Shown one piece after another: positions 61,657-64,000 of a stretch of 64,000 nt of DNA (positions are counted from its first letter, which is position 1; each line of letters begins with the position of its first letter). The DNA is taken from contig OZ253470.1 of the NCBI GenBank assembly GCA_965261735.1, positions 4,896,001-4,960,000 of the forward strand. Direction: 5' to 3'. Made by a program: the position numbers and the translations under genes. The stretch is from Alphaproteobacteria bacterium. GTDB taxonomy: Bacteria; Pseudomonadota; Alphaproteobacteria; SHVV01. The notes beneath the pieces were generated by a model. The model was not told the origin of the DNA and did not search any database. It saw only the letters and a list, made by a program, of their open reading frames with translations.

Positions 61657-62754
61657 TCACAGGGCGTAGAGGCCGGCCGTGTTTTCACCAAGGATCTTGC
61701 GTTGTTCGTCCGCCGTCAAACCATCCAGCATCTCAGCGACGGCCGTGCGGGCCTCGAGACCGACGGAGCGGACGTGGGGAAAGTCCGATCCCCACAATAT
61801 GCGATCGATACCAACGTCGTGGGCGACGCGGGCACCATAACCGTCGTCGATCCAGCCGTGCCAGACGCGCGTGCGCACATAGTCTCCGGCCCGCTCGAGG
61901 TCGAGTTTGGCTAGATTGAGGCGTTTGGCGAAGGCGATCTGAATCTGTTCGAGGCGCCACATGAAGAATGGCACCCAGGAGAACTCGAACTCACTGCACA
62001 CGATCTTCAGGTCCGGGAACCGATCGAAGATGCGGCCGAAGACGAAATCGTTGGCCATCGTGAGCTGGATCTCGTAGCTCACGTCGAGGCTCGCGCCGGG
62101 CGCGTTGCCGATCGCGTCGTCGGTCTGTGACTGGAAGCCGCCCGGCGCCCATCCCGTCAGCGAGTGCAGCGTGACGGGGAGATCCATTTCGCAGACGCGG
62201 GCCCAAAAGGCATCGTAGGAGGGGTCGCGGTAAGGCGGACAGCCCTGTGGCTCGCGGCAGTTCACCATGACGCCCTTGAAGCCGCGCCGCGCACAGCGTT
62301 CGAGCTCGGTGGTTGCCCAGTCGACGTCGACGAGCGGCGCCACGCCGACACCGATCAGCCGCACCGGGTCGGCGGAGACGTAGTCGGCGAGCCAGTCGTT
62401 GTAGACTTCGGCCGCGGCCTTCAGGCACGCGACGTTGGTGTTGTGCATCACCAGCAGCATGTAGGTCGGGTATATCAGCTCGGCCGCGATGCCGGCCTCG
62501 GCCTGATAGCGCAGCCTTGGCTCGGGCTCGTAGCCGGCGCGGTGGAGGCCCGCGTCGCGGTGCTCGGCGTCGGCATCGGCGACCGCGGCGACGCGCCGCC
62601 CGGTATGGAAGAAGCGCCCCTTCTTGCCCTTATGCTCCGACAGTGGACGCGGTGTCGACTCGCCAAAGCGCTTGCCGAGCGCTCGCTGCCACAGATCAAG
62701 CGGCTCGAAAATGTGCGAATCCGCGGAGATCAACCTCGCGGCCTCACCCACCAT
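61657..62754 (-). CDS. Amidohydrolase-2 family protein
   Basis: ISADSH, LH, FDRFPDL, WGSDFPH. Confidence 0.9.
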   Translation of the reverse strand: MVGEAARLISADSHIFEPLDLWQRALGKRFGESTPRPLSEHKGKKGRFFHTGRRVAAVADADAEHRDAGLHRAGYEPEPRLRYQAEAGIAAELIYPTYMLLVMHNTNVACLKAAAEVYNDWLADYVSADPVRLIGVGVAPLVDVDWATTELERCARRGFKGVMVNCREPQGCPPYRDPSYDAFWARVCEMDLPVTLHSLTGWAPGGFQSQTDDAIGNAPGASLDVSYEIQLTMANDFVFGRIFDRFPDLKIVCSEFEFSWVPFFMWRLEQIQIAFAKRLNLAKLDLERAGDYVRTRVWHGWIDDGYGARVAHDVGIDRILWGSDFPHVRSVGLEARTAVAEMLDGLTADEQRKILGENTAGLYAL

Positions 62755-62769
62755 GCCGATAGCTCATTC

Positions 62770-63875
62770 CTTGCCTATCCGGTTAACGCCCATGACCGCT
62801 ACATGTAGGGTGCCGCCACTCTCCCGAGTAAAGCTCGGCATAGGTTGGAGCAGAGGTGTCGCCCGCGATGCCGAGCAATGAGCGGAAGGCGTTGAACGGG
62901 TAGAACCGCCTGTTGAAGCGGAAGGTGAACTCGTTGAGGTAGGCTTGTAGGTGCTGGTGGCTAACGCCGTGGTGGATACCGATCAGCCACGTCTTCAGGT
63001 TGGCGAAAACCAGATGGATGATCGGCAGGTATTGCTCGGCAACCTCTGGATCACCACACTCGGCAACAGCGAAGTGCTCATAGCCGCGCTTACCGAGGCC
63101 AGCATAGCCGCTCCAATCGTCAGTAACGATCAGCGATCGCGGCGCGACGGTGCTCTCGACGAACCCACAGAGCGACTCGGCGCTACGGTCGAGCACAACG
63201 GCGAGCCGAACGCGTCCGGCATAGCGTCCGTCTTTCCGGTTGTCGAGCTTGGTGCCCGGCTTTCGATGACGCACCTCGATGGCACAGGAGACGGGAACCT
63301 TGTGGTGAACACCACGGCCTTCCCCACGCGTTCGCCCGCCAACCCAGGTTTCGTCCACCTCAACATGGTTCTTGGGCTGTCCACCGATCCTGTCTTGGTT
63401 GGGCCGCACCATGCCCGAGCGGAGCTTGTGGAGAATTTGAAAGGCCGTCTCGTAGCGCGAAAGACCAAGTTGCCGCTGAAACTGCACGGCGGACATGCCG
63501 GGCGTCTGACTGGCGACCAGATAAGCGGCCCAGAACCAGACGTTCAGCGGAGTGTGGCTACGCTCCATCACTGTTCCCACCGTCAGCCCGGTGTTCTGGC
63601 GGCACTTGCGGCAGCGCAGGACGCCAGGGCGGTTTTCAAAGTGGAACGGCTCTCACCGCCGTGCCGCAGTGCGGGCAGGCAAAGCCGTCTCCCCAGCGGG
63701 CTTTCTCCAGGTAGGCGGCGCAGGCCGCATCATCGGGGAAAAGTCGCTGGAACTCGGGTAGCGAATGCGGGAATGGGAGATCGGCGCGGTCGAGAACATC
63801 CATGGCGCGCTCCCCTATATCCGGGTTGCGCCCATTCTAGCCCTAGTGGGTGTGGGTGTCAACCGGATAGGCATG
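62770..63875 (-). mobile_element. IS1595-A copy 5, frameshifted by a 1-bp insertion near 63655
   Basis: 8-bp TSD gctcattc at 62762-62769 and 63876-63883. Confidence 0.96.
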
Positions 63876-64000
63876 GCTCATTCGTCGATCATACGCGAAA
63901 AAAAGGGGCTTACATACTTAACTTGACAGGCGGCAATCCCGCGCTCGCGTCAGTCGGTACGAACGTAACACAACAGCCCAAGACCGGAAAAACCACTCTT

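Noticed and set aside
1-64000. CRISPR array, tRNA, rRNA, integrase or prophage genes
   Set aside because: No regularly spaced repeats, cloverleaf motifs or phage genes found by eye. All long repeats are IS copies or gene paralogs.

Overview
High-GC alphaproteobacterial chromosome segment, probably Rhodospirillales-like (inferred from the dsbA-mfd-sdhE-recG-DUF502 neighbourhood, a zinc-ribbon DinB and a PleD/PopA-like gene). The backbone carries DNA repair genes (mfd, recG, dinB), malate synthase, a type III PKS with a methyltransferase, a GT2/LAB_N/ArnT lipid-modification trio and many catabolic and transport genes. It is overrun by 14 IS copies: IS256 x4, IS1595 x7, IS630, IS1182 and IS21. 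These include a four-layer nest (IS21 > IS256 > IS256 > IS256) with every target-site duplication readable, and a second nest at the left edge. Many host genes are interrupted or frameshifted. The most unusual signal is a 71-bp palindromic element with a DnaA-box-like end and compensatory base changes, shared by two unrelated IS families. Also notable are a broken AT-rich ATPase + PIN-like module and an IS1595 carrying passenger ORFs. No rRNA, tRNA or CRISPR array was found. All family assignments come from motif recognition by eye, not from database searches.
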